From assembly GCA_029717555.1 (NCBI GenBank), contig JAMDHS010000010.1, positions 186,001 through 250,000 on the forward strand: 64,000 nucleotides of DNA, read 5' to 3'. Positions 1-11,940 of this stretch are shown in pieces. This DNA comes from Peribolospora baueri (taxonomy: Eukaryota). The stretch's first letter is position 1. Every line of letters starts with the position of its first letter. The notes under the pieces are model-generated. The model did no database searches. It saw only the letters and a program-made list of their open reading frames with translations, and was not told the DNA's origin. Both the position numbers and the translations under genes were made by a program.

Positions 1-558
1 AGGAGGATGATGTTTGATGATGAGGAAGAGGAGGAGGAGGCGGGGTGGGAGAGGAGGAGGGCGCGGTTCGACGGAGACGGCCAGGGCGAGGAGGAGCAGC
101 GCGAGCGCGAGCGCGATCGCTTCCTCACCTCTCGCAGTCGGATGCTTGCCGGCGGGATGAGGCGAACGACGACGCGAGGGGGGCGAGGTAGTAGTAGTAG
201 TGGTGGTGTTGGTGATGGCGGCGCGGCGTCCAGCGGCACTGGGTGGTCCTCCGACCGCGGGCGAAGGACATGGAGCTTGGAAGGTCGTGGCGAGCGGCTT
301 CCGAGGGCCGCGGCCGCCAGCAGCAGCGGCGGAGGAGGTGGCGGTGGCGCGAGCGCTCTCACCGTCGGTCACCGCGGGGGCATGGAGAGCATGAAGGCTC
401 TGGAGGGAGGCGGTATTCCGGCGTAGTGTCTTGTCTGCATGCGCACGTGCGCTCATGTTTTTTTATCCATCTATCTTCATCGTCCATTCGGTGCACCGGT
501 CTACGATTTTTCATGTCCGGACATGGTGTCCTGTCCGTCACACTGGTCATGTCGGTCC

Positions 559-600
559 CTACTACTACCACTACTACCACTACTACCACTACTACCACCA
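559..600. repeat. (CTACTACCA)n / CTA-CCA trinucleotide microsatellite
   Basis: Seen directly: actactacca ctactaccac tactaccact actaccacca. Confidence 0.85.
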
Positions 601-2919
601 GCGTCATTTCATTCATTCCCACCCTTTCCATCTGATGATGCGTAAGTCGGTCGTGTAATGTGACGGGGCGAGAGGGGGGATATGGCCCGTGCCCGTGCCC
701 CAGCCGCCGACGGGCGACGATCGAATGAATCACAGACGGGCTCGCAATGACGTTGCTGAGCCGGAATGGGACGTGATGATGACGAGTCCGGCGAACAGGT
801 GGAGCTATCCGTCTTTCTGTCTGTATTTATGTATGTATGTCGCTCGGCGGCCATGGTGCGCAAGGCGCGCGCTTCTGCATCGACTGGAATGCTCGAGGTG
901 GTGGTGCATGTATGTCGCGCGGGAAGACGTGTGATGTGTCGATGTCCCTCGGAACACCCGCGTGCGCTCCGAGCGACGGGCGGTGGAGCCGGGCGAGGGT
1001 TCGGAAAGACGGAGGGCTAACGAAGGTTGCCACCACCCATCCGACCATCGCCGCCGTCCCATCTCCTTGCAGGAGGGAGCGAAGCTGGAACAGCCACGGG
1101 GCTCCTTTAGTTCGACACCGCCCGGCCCGGCCAGCTGGGGCGCACGGGGCACGTGACTGAAGTCGAACTGGGTCCGTGCTTGAGCTCCACCCTTCCCTGC
1201 CTCCCTTGGGGCCGGCCCGCAGCGAGGCTTTGGCTAGCTCGGGCACCAACTATAGCGGCAAAGGTCAAAAAGAAAATAGAAAAAGGGTAATGGCAAACGG
1301 AAGACGGAATGGGCAAACGGAAATGGGCGATGGCCAAGCGCAAAGGGCAAAGGTTGCCTCCGACCGCGCGCTGATCCCTTCCTCCTTCCTCTCTCCTTCC
1401 TCCTCCGCTTTGCGCCTTCCCACCCCATCCTTCTGGATCCATTTCCCTCTCGAGACCTTTTTTTTCTTCTCTTCCTTCGCTTCGCTTCTCTTCTCCCCGC
1501 GCAAATGCGATGCGATGCGATGCGGTCGATGCGTAGATCCTCGGATGCCGTTAGAAAGACGGTAAAGTATATCCTTGCTTCTTCGCCTGGCCTTGCTCCC
1601 ATTGCGCCACCCCAAACCTATCTCCCCCGCTCCGCGGCCGAGAAGGAGACCAGCGAAGGACGGCAAGCGCCGTGGTCCCCCTTCCCCGTCCAACGTAGCC
1701 GTGGCCAGTCTGGCTAGCGAGCTCGCTAGCTAGCTGGCTCGCCGACACGACGGCGACAGACCGGCCCAGTGCAAGTCGACTCGACTCGACTCGAGTCCAC
1801 TCCACTCCGCTCCGGCCAGCCCGCCTGTCCGTCTGGTCAGCCGATTTGCGGTGCGGTGCGGCGGAAAGGGCTCGGTAAGAGGACTGAGATGGATCGATCT
1901 ACATCCTCCTCCGCCTGCAGGCCATCGTAGCGTGGTCTCGTCGTGGTTGCTTCGCGCGCTGGTCCGTTTGCTCGTTCCCTCGCTCTCTGTGCTGTGCCTC
2001 TTTGCCGGCGGACACCGGGAAGAGGAGAACAAGCAAGGCTAGGCGACGACGGGGCATACCACGGAGGCGCACTCGCTCGCCTACGGTACGGTGCGGTCCG
2101 CGCACCGACGGGAACACGACAGTCACAGACAGACAGACAGAAAGAAACCCTTTCCGAGGCGAGGCCGACAGAGAGAAAGAGAAAGCGCAACGACGCGACA
2201 CAACGTTTGATCAGCGTCGGACGCAATTGCAAGACGTTGCAGATCGATGCGCCATGCCCCTCTTAAGACCCCACCCCCTCACCTCTGCCCGTCCTTTTCC
2301 TCTCCCTTTCGTCTCGCCCTGGCCCTTGCCATCGCCAATCCGTGGCCGCTCACCGCTCACCCTCACCCTCATCGCCTCGCCTCCCCCTCCCTTCCCCGGC
2401 CCCCTTCCTCCCTCCCTCCTCCATGCTCCTTTTCCTGCCCATCGACGCTCTCTTATCCCGGGTCGTCCCCCTGGGCGCGTAGCTCCAAAGCCTTCGTTCC
2501 ACCTTCCCTCCCGCCTCGACCAAGTCCAACCCTCGCTCGTTCAGCATCCCCACTGCTCTGCTCTCGTCGCCTACTCGTACTGCTTCGTTGACCCCCCTCC
2601 CCCGTCCTTTGCCTTCCTTCTCGCCGTCTTCCATCGCCTCGACGTTCGGTGACCTGCCCAAGACGAGCACACCACAGCCGTTCCTTCCGCACACCTTCAC
2701 GCATCGAACCGTCTCTGGACGCCGTCTCGCATCGCTCGTCCCTGTGCCCATAATCCATGCCGATCGTCCTCATCCGGGCCCTCATCTTCTTTCCCTTCCT
2801 TACGACGCCCGGTCACGAATTGTTTCTCGACCTTCCTTCCCCTCTATATCCCTCCCGGAGGCGACGTGTCTGCTGAGGAGGAGCGCTTGACGATTTAGTA
2901 TAATACCCCCCCGGTCACC

Positions 2920-5900
2920 ATGGTCTCCTTAGTTTACCCCTCGCCCGCCCACCCTTCTTCGCATACCGACATGCGTCCACGCGACTTGCGCCTTGTCCAC
3001 AGCCGCTCCCACCTCGCACAACCCCTCCTGCCGTCCTTCCCGACCTCCGGCTCCACCGACGAGCTCGCACAAGCCGCGGACGATCTCCGAGCCTTCCTCC
3101 GTGCACTCTTCTACTTTTCCAACCATGGCGGCATGCCCAGAAGCTACTTCATCCAAATGAGAGTCTTGAGCATCGCTTTGATCGTCATCCTCGTTTTCGG
3201 ACGTGAGTGTCTGTCGGCCTCCTCCCACTTGTTCGGGCCGAGCTCCATGCCCTTTCTTTGCGCACGGCGCGGGAGAGAGAGAGACGAACATCGGCTCACG
3301 TCTTGTCCTTTTTTTCCCTCCCTCCAGTCGCTGCAATCATCAAGCGCCTGTACCAGCGAACGTTTTGGCTGTTCCGAATCATGCGACGTGAGTCGGCCAG
3401 CTTCCATCTCGTCACTCGTCCCCGAACATGCAGGCTGATCTGATAAGCTCTTCGTCCGCGCCCGTTTCAGATCCGGAGGGTGTGTATATCGTGCCCAACG
3501 CGGTGACGACCTTTTGTCTCGTTGTTGGCCAATTTGGCATTCGTGAGTGGTCCTCGTTCTATTTTTCGCAGGAGAATGTGAGTGAGTGCAAGCGTCCGGC
3601 TGATTCGAGGTGACCTTATTTTTGCGCCGCTCATGTGTCCTTAAGTCTGGATTGCCTAGTGAGTCCCGCTGCATTTGTGACGCCGTCGTGAGGAAGGTGG
3701 ACAGGCGAGGCAGAAGCGCTCATCTATGGCATCATCCTCCTTCAACTCGCTTTGCAGCTCCTGGGTCAACATCGAAGTCCTGGACGACGGCCAGCCGCAA
3801 TGGCGACAATCACTCTGGCAACTGCTGACTTGGTGAGAGACGCACCTCGCGCACCTTCGAGATCCCTCTCCCAATTCTGACCCACCCCTCTCCCGATCTA
3901 CTTCCAAACCGCACATTTCAGGATCCCCCTTTGGACCGGGGCCTTCTGGTCAGGTTGGGGCACCTTCTACGCCTCTCCAAACGTTCTCTCTCGTCCTACA
4001 CCCCCTTCTTCGCCCCTGCTCAAGGGCCGAAGCTGGTACGCGAGGTTCGACCCGCGCAACCTGACCCTCCACTCCTTCATCCCTCGCCCACTCATCATCA
4101 ACCTTCTCTGCCTTGGCACGCCCGTCGTGGTCGTCGTCTCCGTCATCATCCCTACCGTCTTTGCAAGCCGCGAGTTTGAACGAGCGTACGCCGGTTATCT
4201 CACCTTGGATAACGAGCTCGCTCAGACACGCTCCATCAGCCAGGAGGATTTGGTGACAGCCCAAGAGATTTTCAACACGGCTGTCGATTCCTACTGGTAC
4301 AAAGAGCTGACCATGCTGCTCTGGTGTGAGTCATCATTTTCCATTTTCGTTTTTTTCTCCTTCTTCTCGACGTAACGACGTCGGCCTTGACACTCGCGCC
4401 GACCGGAACGACCTTTTTTTTTTTTTTTTTCCCTCCCTTCAATTTCCACAGGCATCTGGGGAGCTTTGTTCCTCGTCTTCTACGTACCCGCCGGAGGCTA
4501 CCTCGTCCATCTCGTCCGAAAGCAAGTCAAGGTATGTGTCTCCGCGACACAGTCGCCGACGACTCGCTCTTGGAGACCTGGACACTCATCCCTGTCGTCT
4601 CTCTCCCTTTTGCAGTCGGCCGTTCGCTCCAGAGTGACCCTCACGCCTGGTCCGGCTGACGGGATCGAAGGCGTGTCGCCCGGCTGGGCCCCGGAGCCAA
4701 AGCTCACGTCGTCGCCCTCCACAGAGCTCGTCGGTCAACAACAAGCGAGCCCGAGCCAATCGCCGGCCTCGGCCTTTCCCCAACCTCTGCCTCCTGTGCA
4801 AATGGTGCAGATGAACTCTAACTTTGGATTGGGGATCGGATTGTCGACGCCGCCGGAGCCGACCAGCGAGGGGCCACACACGACGGATGAGCAAGAAGGA
4901 GAGCCGACTACGACGACCGGCCAACAGCCGCAGCCGTCGTCGGACGAGCTGGAGGGAGAGCCGACGGCGAGCAGGCACAGCAGGAAGACCATCTTTTTCT
5001 TCCCTGCCGTTAGGCCGCCCAAGTCAAGCCCCTCGGCTAAGCGATCCAAAGGGGAAAATTACGGAAGTCATAGTTCTCGATACAAGTTTATGCGGAGGAC
5101 GAGCATCAACCTCACCATCCAATACTGTGCGTCGAATGCTTCCCTTCCCTCCTTCCCGTTCAATATGGTCCGCCATTTCTAACAAAACCTTCCCTCCCTT
5201 CCTTCCTTCGTCTCGCTAGTGGCCATCTCGTCAGCCACGCTAGGCTTCACCGTGGCCGCCGCCCAGCTTGCCGCCGGGCTCTATCCCGCCGCCTACCAGA
5301 ACAACCTTGCTCCTATCCTCATTCGCTCTAACCTCATGGCGGCGTGGCTCTCCGTAGTGTAAGTGTCGTGTCTTGTCTTGTCGTCGCGCTTCTGGCCCCC
5401 GCGGCGCCAGGACGAATCCGAAAAAGGAAATGTGATCTGACCTCTGGCCGTTCATGCTCCTCCTCCCTCCCCAGCTTCGGCGCTTTTGCCGTCGGCGCCA
5501 TCTTATCGCGAACGTTCGATACGGCTATCACGGCCGTTGACTTCAGCAGCACCCCCAGGAACAGGATCATTGCGCTCCCGTTCGGTGGTAGACTCAGCGG
5601 CTCCCTTCCGTTCAGTGGTAGACTCAGCGGTTCCCTTCCGTTCAGTGGTAGACTCAGCAGTAGCTCCGCCCCGTCTCGGCCTCCTGCGGCTCACAACAGA
5701 AGGCGGTTATCGGTGCGCACGCTGGACGATACGGCGTCTACGACCGTCGGCTCGTTCATGCACCGCTTGAGCTTCAATCCGCCACAAACGGACGAGACGG
5801 GCTTGAACAACCAGTCCGGGTCCGCGCTCGCTCCCGCCCCGGACCATCCACCATCCAAGAAGGCACTGCGGGAGAGCTGGAAGGACTTCGCAGGGAGCGT

Positions 5901-6849
5901 GCGCAAGGGCCGATCGCCCTTGTCCGTCGCCTCGGCCGCTGATTATGCCGTCGGCTCGAGTTTGGACGGCAAAGCCAAGGAGATGAGGACGGCGCTCGGG
6001 CGAAGAGGGAGCGCTTCCAATGCGCAGCCCGACATCGTCTACGCGAGCCCTTTCGGACCCATTCGATCGTCCGCTGGTGCCACCGTTGCTTCTTCCCTGT
6101 CCGACTCGCCGCCCCAAGGGTGTTGTCCTCCGCCCCCCCATCTCCCCACCTATCCGCCTCCAGCCTCCTCTTCCCCGCCCGTCTCGCCGACGTCGCGCGA
6201 TTCCTTCACCACCCTAGTCGGACAGCCGACTTCGCCCGTTCGATCAGCCTTCTTGCCGCCACCTTCGCTGCCACCACCGTCGTCACTCCCTTCTTCTTCT
6301 TCGCCTTCTTCGTCTTCTTCACCCATTTCGTCGTTACCCCTCGCCAGGAGGTCTACTACCTCGGCCCGACGCTCCTCACTCTCCACCGTGTGCGAACAAG
6401 AGACGAGTGGCGATTCGCACGGGTCCGAAGCAGCAAAGCTGGGAGAGCTCCATCATCGCCGCCAGGATAGCAGCGGACAACATTCGCACGCCGATAGTCG
6501 GCGCTCGTGGAGGAGTCAGCCCAGCTCGCCAGTGAGGGAGGAGGGCGAGAACGAGGTGTTGTGGGAGAACGACCGAGTGGCCCGATCGTCCGTCGAGTCG
6601 TCAGGCCACGCCAGCACCTTTGGCCGCTCCAGCGTTCGTTCACGACCCCGATCGCAACTCGGCGGCGGCGGCGGCGGCGGCGCTCTCGAGCCCGTCTTCG
6701 ACTCGGCTTCCAGCTCGGGCTCCAGGTCAAGCTCCAACCATCCCTCGCCCGTCTTGCTCGACCTCTTCCCCGTCCCCAGTTCTCCCCTCGCCCCTCCTCC
6801 CAAGGGCGGCCTCCGACGCGCCAAGAGCTCCACGCTCAGCTCTTCGTGA
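2920..6849 (+). CDS. Multi-exon orphan 7-transmembrane (GPCR-like topology) protein with a long Ser/Pro-rich C-terminal tail
   Basis: Manual splicing joins the ORF pieces at GT-AG introns. Hydrophobic segments: VLSIALIVILVFG, AVTTFCLVVGQFGI, LLTWIPLWTGAFWSGW, LIINLLCLGTPVVVVVSVII, MLLWGIWGALFLVFYV, LTIQYLAISSATLGFTV, LMAAWLSVVFGAFAVGAIL. The start could be ATG 2920 or 2971. The stop is at 6847-6849. Confidence 0.7.
5578..5660 (+). repeat. 30-bp coding tandem repeat, about 2.8 copies (LPF[GS]GRLS[GS]S)
   Basis: ccgttc(g/a)gtggtagactcagcgg(c/t)tccctt is repeated in frame just after the last TM segment. Confidence 0.9.
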
Positions 6850-7413
6850 CCGGTCGTAGTTAACTTATCCATCCACCCATCCATCTCGCCACTCGCTCGC
6901 TCCGAAATCTCCCTACCCTCGCCTCCCCGCCCTTCGTTTCCCTCCGTTCCATTGGCGCCCTCGCTCTCATCGCATTTATTTCGTCTTGCATGTATTGCAC
7001 AACCCCTCTCTCTTCCCCATCCAACTTACCCTACACACAAACAAATTCTTAAATTCTGCTCGGAAAGGTTGTACGGGATCAATTCACGACGTCGCGACGT
7101 TTTTGTAATGTCGAGTCCGTGATATGGAGGCGGGGACGGGGAGGGAGCGGGGGCGGAGATGGACGACGGTACGATTTGGGGGGGAACAAGTCATGTCACA
7201 TCTAGCCCGGAATCCTGAACGATGGATTTTTTTAGTCTAGGAGAAACATTGCATCCAGCGCCCCGTCATCTCATCTCGGAAATCCTTTGTCCCCCGACCG
7301 GACCGAACCGAACAGGACACAGCCCTCACTGCTCCGCTGTACAGGCTGGTGACATCGTGAATCGCTCGAGCAACTGTACTGTACGCATACACGGTCGGGT
7401 CGCGCTGTCAATA

Positions 7414-10400
7414 CTAACGGAACGTCTCTAGTATGATACCTAATCGCAGGGAGCCAAGACGGACAAGACGACGCGTACTGTCATGTAAACCGCTCTGGTC
7501 GCTTAACTGGAACAAAAGACGAAAAGAAAAAAAAAAAAAAGAAAAAACTCACCGGCGGCGATGGTCTCTCCATCCCTACGGAAAAGCACCCTGCCCAACT
7601 CTTTGCTGCTCTTGAAAGTGTCCAACGCGATGCTCCTCCCCAACGTCGCTGGCCCCATCCCTACCTCCTCGCCTCCCAGCTCGGCCACCTGCCCTCCGGT
7701 CTGCGAGCCGTTCCGCACCGTCACACGCACCTTGGCGGTGGCGCCCTTGCTTAGCATCCGCGGTTTGCGCTTCACCACTTCCCCCGTCGTCTTGTCCAGC
7801 GTAGCGATTAGCTCCGAAAACGTCGCGGGCACCGACAGGGCATGCACGAACACCTCGACCGAGGCGCCGGACGTGATCGGGTATTTCGGGTCGAAGACGA
7901 TGAGCTGGCAGACAAAAGACGTCGCTACAGGTACCAAAGAGATGGGAGGACAGAGTACTGAACCGACGCTGTTATGGAAAGCAAGAAGAGAAGTAGAATG
8001 TCAGTACATGCTCTGCGGCGTGCATCGCATGGGATGCGCCACACTCACGCGAGGTGGACCTGGTCTATTTGAGCGAGATACACCGTGACGTTCGCCCCAG
8101 CGACCGCCCACGGTGCTGGCTCAGTGTCCATTTCGATAGCTGCACGGCCGCAAATTACATCGCATATGTTAGCAGCTCCCCTTCACCCATCCTCTATTCA
8201 CACCTGGCGAATAGCTGACTCACCTCGCACGATGCCGCTCTCATCCCCAGGAACGATCCTAACCTTGTCGCCCACCTGTACGATGCCGCTCTCGACCCTG
8301 CCTGATACTCCCACGCCCGACGCGATGGCAGAGGTGCTCCTGAAGACGTTCGTGATCGGAAGCCGTAATGGGCCGTCAAGCGAGCGGGGAGGTATTTCCA
8401 ACGCGTCTGTCCAGCCGGCCGGAAGTCCTTGTCAGCAAATGAGTTCGCGTTGACAGCCCACTCGAACAAGTGGCCACAATATAAGCGCCGACAATGGCTC
8501 ACCGAGCGCCTCGACTAGCGTCCTTTCATGCCACCATGCCTCAAGTCTCGCATCGCTTCTCACGCTGAGATTCTCTCCCGCAGCCGCACCGACAGGGACG
8601 AAGCCGAGCTTGTTCGGGTCGAAACCGGATTGCTGGAGGAAAGGTCTGAGTTGGTATACTATATCTTCGAAACGGGACTGGTCGTAAAGCACCTACGATG
8701 AAGACATAATGAAACGAAGTGATGAGTGAGAAGACGACGGAAACGTGTCGTAAGAAAGAGACACCCTTGCAAATCGAGCTCGTGGGGCTCACCGCGTCCA
8801 TCTTGTTGACTGCAACTACCAACTCTCTTACACCCAGGCTCCTTACTAACAACGCGTGCTCCCTCGTCTGTCCGCCGGGACCGAAACCGGCCTCGAAAGC
8901 GCCGAGACTAGCGTCCACAACGAGTACGGCCGCATCCGCCTGGCTGGCGCCGGTGATCATGTTGGGAATGAAGTCGCGATGGCCCGGCGCATCGAGCAAG
9001 GTGAAACGCCGCTTGGGCGTGGAAAAGGAATCAATGCCCACGTCGATCGTCACTCCTCTCTCTCGCTCCTCGTCCGTCGCGTCCAACGCCCAAGCGTAGG
9101 CGAACGAGCCTTTACCAAGCTTTTGTGACGCGCGCTCGTTCGCGCTGTGTGCTTTGTCGGACAGGAAGCCAAGCTCGTGCATCAGGCGACCCATGAGGGT
9201 CGACTTGCCTGCATCCACGTGACCTGTTCAGATTCGAAACCGAGTTCAGACGTGCTTCCCTCCTCCTTAGTACAATAGAGCAGGCGAGGCTCACCGATGC
9301 AGACGAGACTGAGCTCCCTCTTTCCCTCCATCTCACGCTTCCTAACCTCCTCCACAATCCTCTCATGTGCGATGCCTTGCTTTGGCGTCCCGGCCTTGCT
9401 AGTGGGCAAGCTACGTCCAGGACTCGCTGCGCCGCCCAAATCGGACATGCCGTCTTCCGAACGCGCTGGTGAGGGAATATGAGCAGACGACAAGCCGAGC
9501 CCTTCAATGTCTTGTCGAAGCTGCGATACCGTAGCCGGCAGAGGTTTGCCGGTAGCAGTGGTCGTTGCGGGCACTTTGACACCACTTCCCGCGGGCGATC
9601 GCTTGCTTCCCGCTGGAGATGCTGCTCTCGGCATGGAAGTGGAAGCGGCGGCGGCGGCCGTTGCCTTCTTCTGAGCTTTGTCGGCTTCTCGCTCTGCAAG
9701 CGTGTCGTGATGTCAGCGCAATAAGAGCGACGTGAGCTGGCATTCCAAAGCGAGGTGAAGCTGCTCAAGGCGACGGAAAAAAGTGCCGCAAAACCGCGAG
9801 GACGCTTCAAATGGATCGGGTAAAAGCCACTTCCATCCATCCATGCGTGCGTGCCCATCTATCTCCGCCCCTTCAGCCCAACATCCTTCCCTTAGCCCCG
9901 CCGCTGAGACCACCCACGACCTTCGGCTTCTTGCCAGCGCTTGCCCCGCTCTGGGCGATGTTCTTCCGCCTCTCTGCCTCGCGCGCCTTGCTCTCCCTTT
10001 CCTTCTCCTCGGCCACCTCTCGCTCCTTATCCATCCGCGTGCCTTTACGAGCGGCTAGGACGACATCGTCTGGCGATGGACCGTGAAAGGCGGATAGCCA
10101 AGACGGTCGATCGTCGATCGCGTCACCGGTGCGGACGCCGAAGATGCGCAGAGAGAGTTGCGCTCGGTTGAAAGCATCTTCCTTCGACTTGGCGGGAGAC
10201 GGACCGGTGCTCTGGATGATGGTGGCAAACATGGACGGAGAGCTGCGCAAGATAGTCTTGGCGCGCTCGCTCTCTGCCGTCATCGCCGCGGGGAAGAGCC
10301 CGCCTACCGACGTGTCGACCTCGTCAACTGGGTTTGCTGCCTCCTCACCCTCCGCTTTGATCGCCGGTGCCGACATACTCTCCGTTGTCCCGCGTGCTGC

Positions 10401-11940
10401 GACGACTGTCTGCCGATTGGCCTGCATACGCAATTGCAGCTTGCTCACCCTTCCTGGAGCTTCTGTGGATGCGGGCGGAGGGAATTGAATGGGCGAGGCA
10501 GGCTTCGGTGAGGGCAGCGGAGACGTCGAAAGCGAAGAGAGAGGAGTCGATTTGCGCTTTGCTGTCAGGGCGGCCAGCTTTGACGGTTGACCGACTGAAT
10601 TGGCCGCTTGACTTCGTGGTAAGGGTTCTTCCGATGAGGCGGCGGGCTCGTTCGCCAGTTCCGTATGCTGCTCTTTGCGAGCAGCAATCAGGCCAGTGAG
10701 GGAAGGCTTTGCAACGCCCTCCGGCGGCCGGAAGTTTTGCAGTGAAGATTTTGCAGGGAATGGGGACCCCGCCGCCGGCGGAGCCAGGGAAGCTAGGCTT
10801 CGCCTGCTCGAATCTGATGATGGTCCAGATCGGCGTTGGGCCATCAGCGCCGCCAACTTCGAGGTGGGCATGTCGGTCTTGCTGGAACCTGGCACGGGTG
10901 GTTCGGAACTACCTACGGCATCCCCGACGGACGCGCACGAAGAAAAATTGTCTTCCTTCTCCTTGGAGTCGTCAGCTCTCCGAGAGAGAGTAAGTCGCTG
11001 AAGAGCAGACAAAGGCAGTGCGATGTCTGAAGCGGAAGGAGGGGACGACGGTGGCGGGGATGGTCCTGACGTCGTATGTTCGTAGCTTTGAGCGCCTTCC
11101 ACCACATCCACTGCCATTGCTGCCTCATCTTCTGTCGAGGCGAGGGCAGAGTCGGTTCAGGGTTTCATGCTTGCTGGGACGTCTTATGGCCTCCGGTTCC
11201 CTCGATGCAGTGGATGAGTTTGAACGCCCCCAGGCTGCGGAACAGGACCGCCAATGACGGACCCTTCTCCCGCGCAGCCCTTCGAACGTCCATCGCCCGG
11301 TCCATTCAACCCGTTCTTCCCTAGCGGGCACGCTCTCGCATCAAATCTCCCAGTTCGAAACGAAATGAAACAAGAGGGAGGCTGCCCTCGCTTCGCGAGT
11401 GACAACATGAAGGAAAAGAAGGAAATGAGGCGAAGACAAGGAAATATGGGACTCACCAGCCCTGCGCCTCTCCGCCGCCAGTTTCTTCTCCTTCTCTTGC
11501 AAAAAGAAATCGATTGTACCCTCAACGTCGAAATAGCTGTCCCACAGAGCATCCTTTATCTCCTTGTCCGTGAAACCACTCTCTTTTGCGTCGTGGCCCA
11601 AGACGTCCCTCACGGCGATGAGGCCGGAAGACATTTGGACTGCGAGAGGGCAAGAGCACGGTCAATTGAGGTAGGCGGTAGCATGAAGGAGAAGAACGAA
11701 CAACGAGGCGCACCAGCTTGCTCGTCGTCCAAATCATCGTAAGCGTATTCTTCCTCGGCCGAGTCGTAGCCATCGTCCTCGGCCACCTCCTCTGCAGCAG
11801 ACGACCGAAGTCAAGTAAAGTATCGCCGACATGGGCCATATGAGTTGTGGTATCCTCACTTCCCGCCATCCGATCGCCCGCCCATGACCTAGCCACGCAC
11901 CGCTGAGGTTCATGTTTCGAACAAGGCGGTGGCGCGACAT
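7414..11940 (-). CDS. HBS1: Hbs1 eEF1A-like translational GTPase (ribosome rescue)
   Basis: N-terminus [12 protein letters not shown] and HBS1_N domain ([20 protein letters not shown]). GTPase motifs [25 protein letters not shown] and NKMD. C-terminus [23 protein letters not shown]. Exon 3 donor 11456 splices in phase to the CAG acceptor at 9694. Confidence 0.95.
9873..11131 (-). CDS. SKI7: Alternative terminal exon of HBS1 encoding a Ski7-like (exosome/SKI adaptor) C-terminus
   Basis: A phase-1 CAG acceptor at 11132-11134 matches the exon 3 donor. The 1259-nt open exon contains [30 protein letters not shown] and [15 protein letters not shown] and ends in a stop at 9873. Confidence 0.8.

Noticed and set aside
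1713..1730. Perfect 18-bp palindrome GCTAGCGAGCTCGCTAGC
   Set aside because: It sits within GCTA/GCGA simple repeats, with no transposon termini or other supporting context.
1..2900. Many overlapping ORFs of 60-216 aa
   Set aside because: They are low-complexity, GC-rich and microsatellite-derived with no recognisable domain. The region is more likely intergenic or UTR.
9873..11117. The 414-aa ORF as an independent nested gene
   Set aside because: An in-phase acceptor 14 nt upstream of its ATG and the Ski7 motifs fit an alternative HBS1 exon better.
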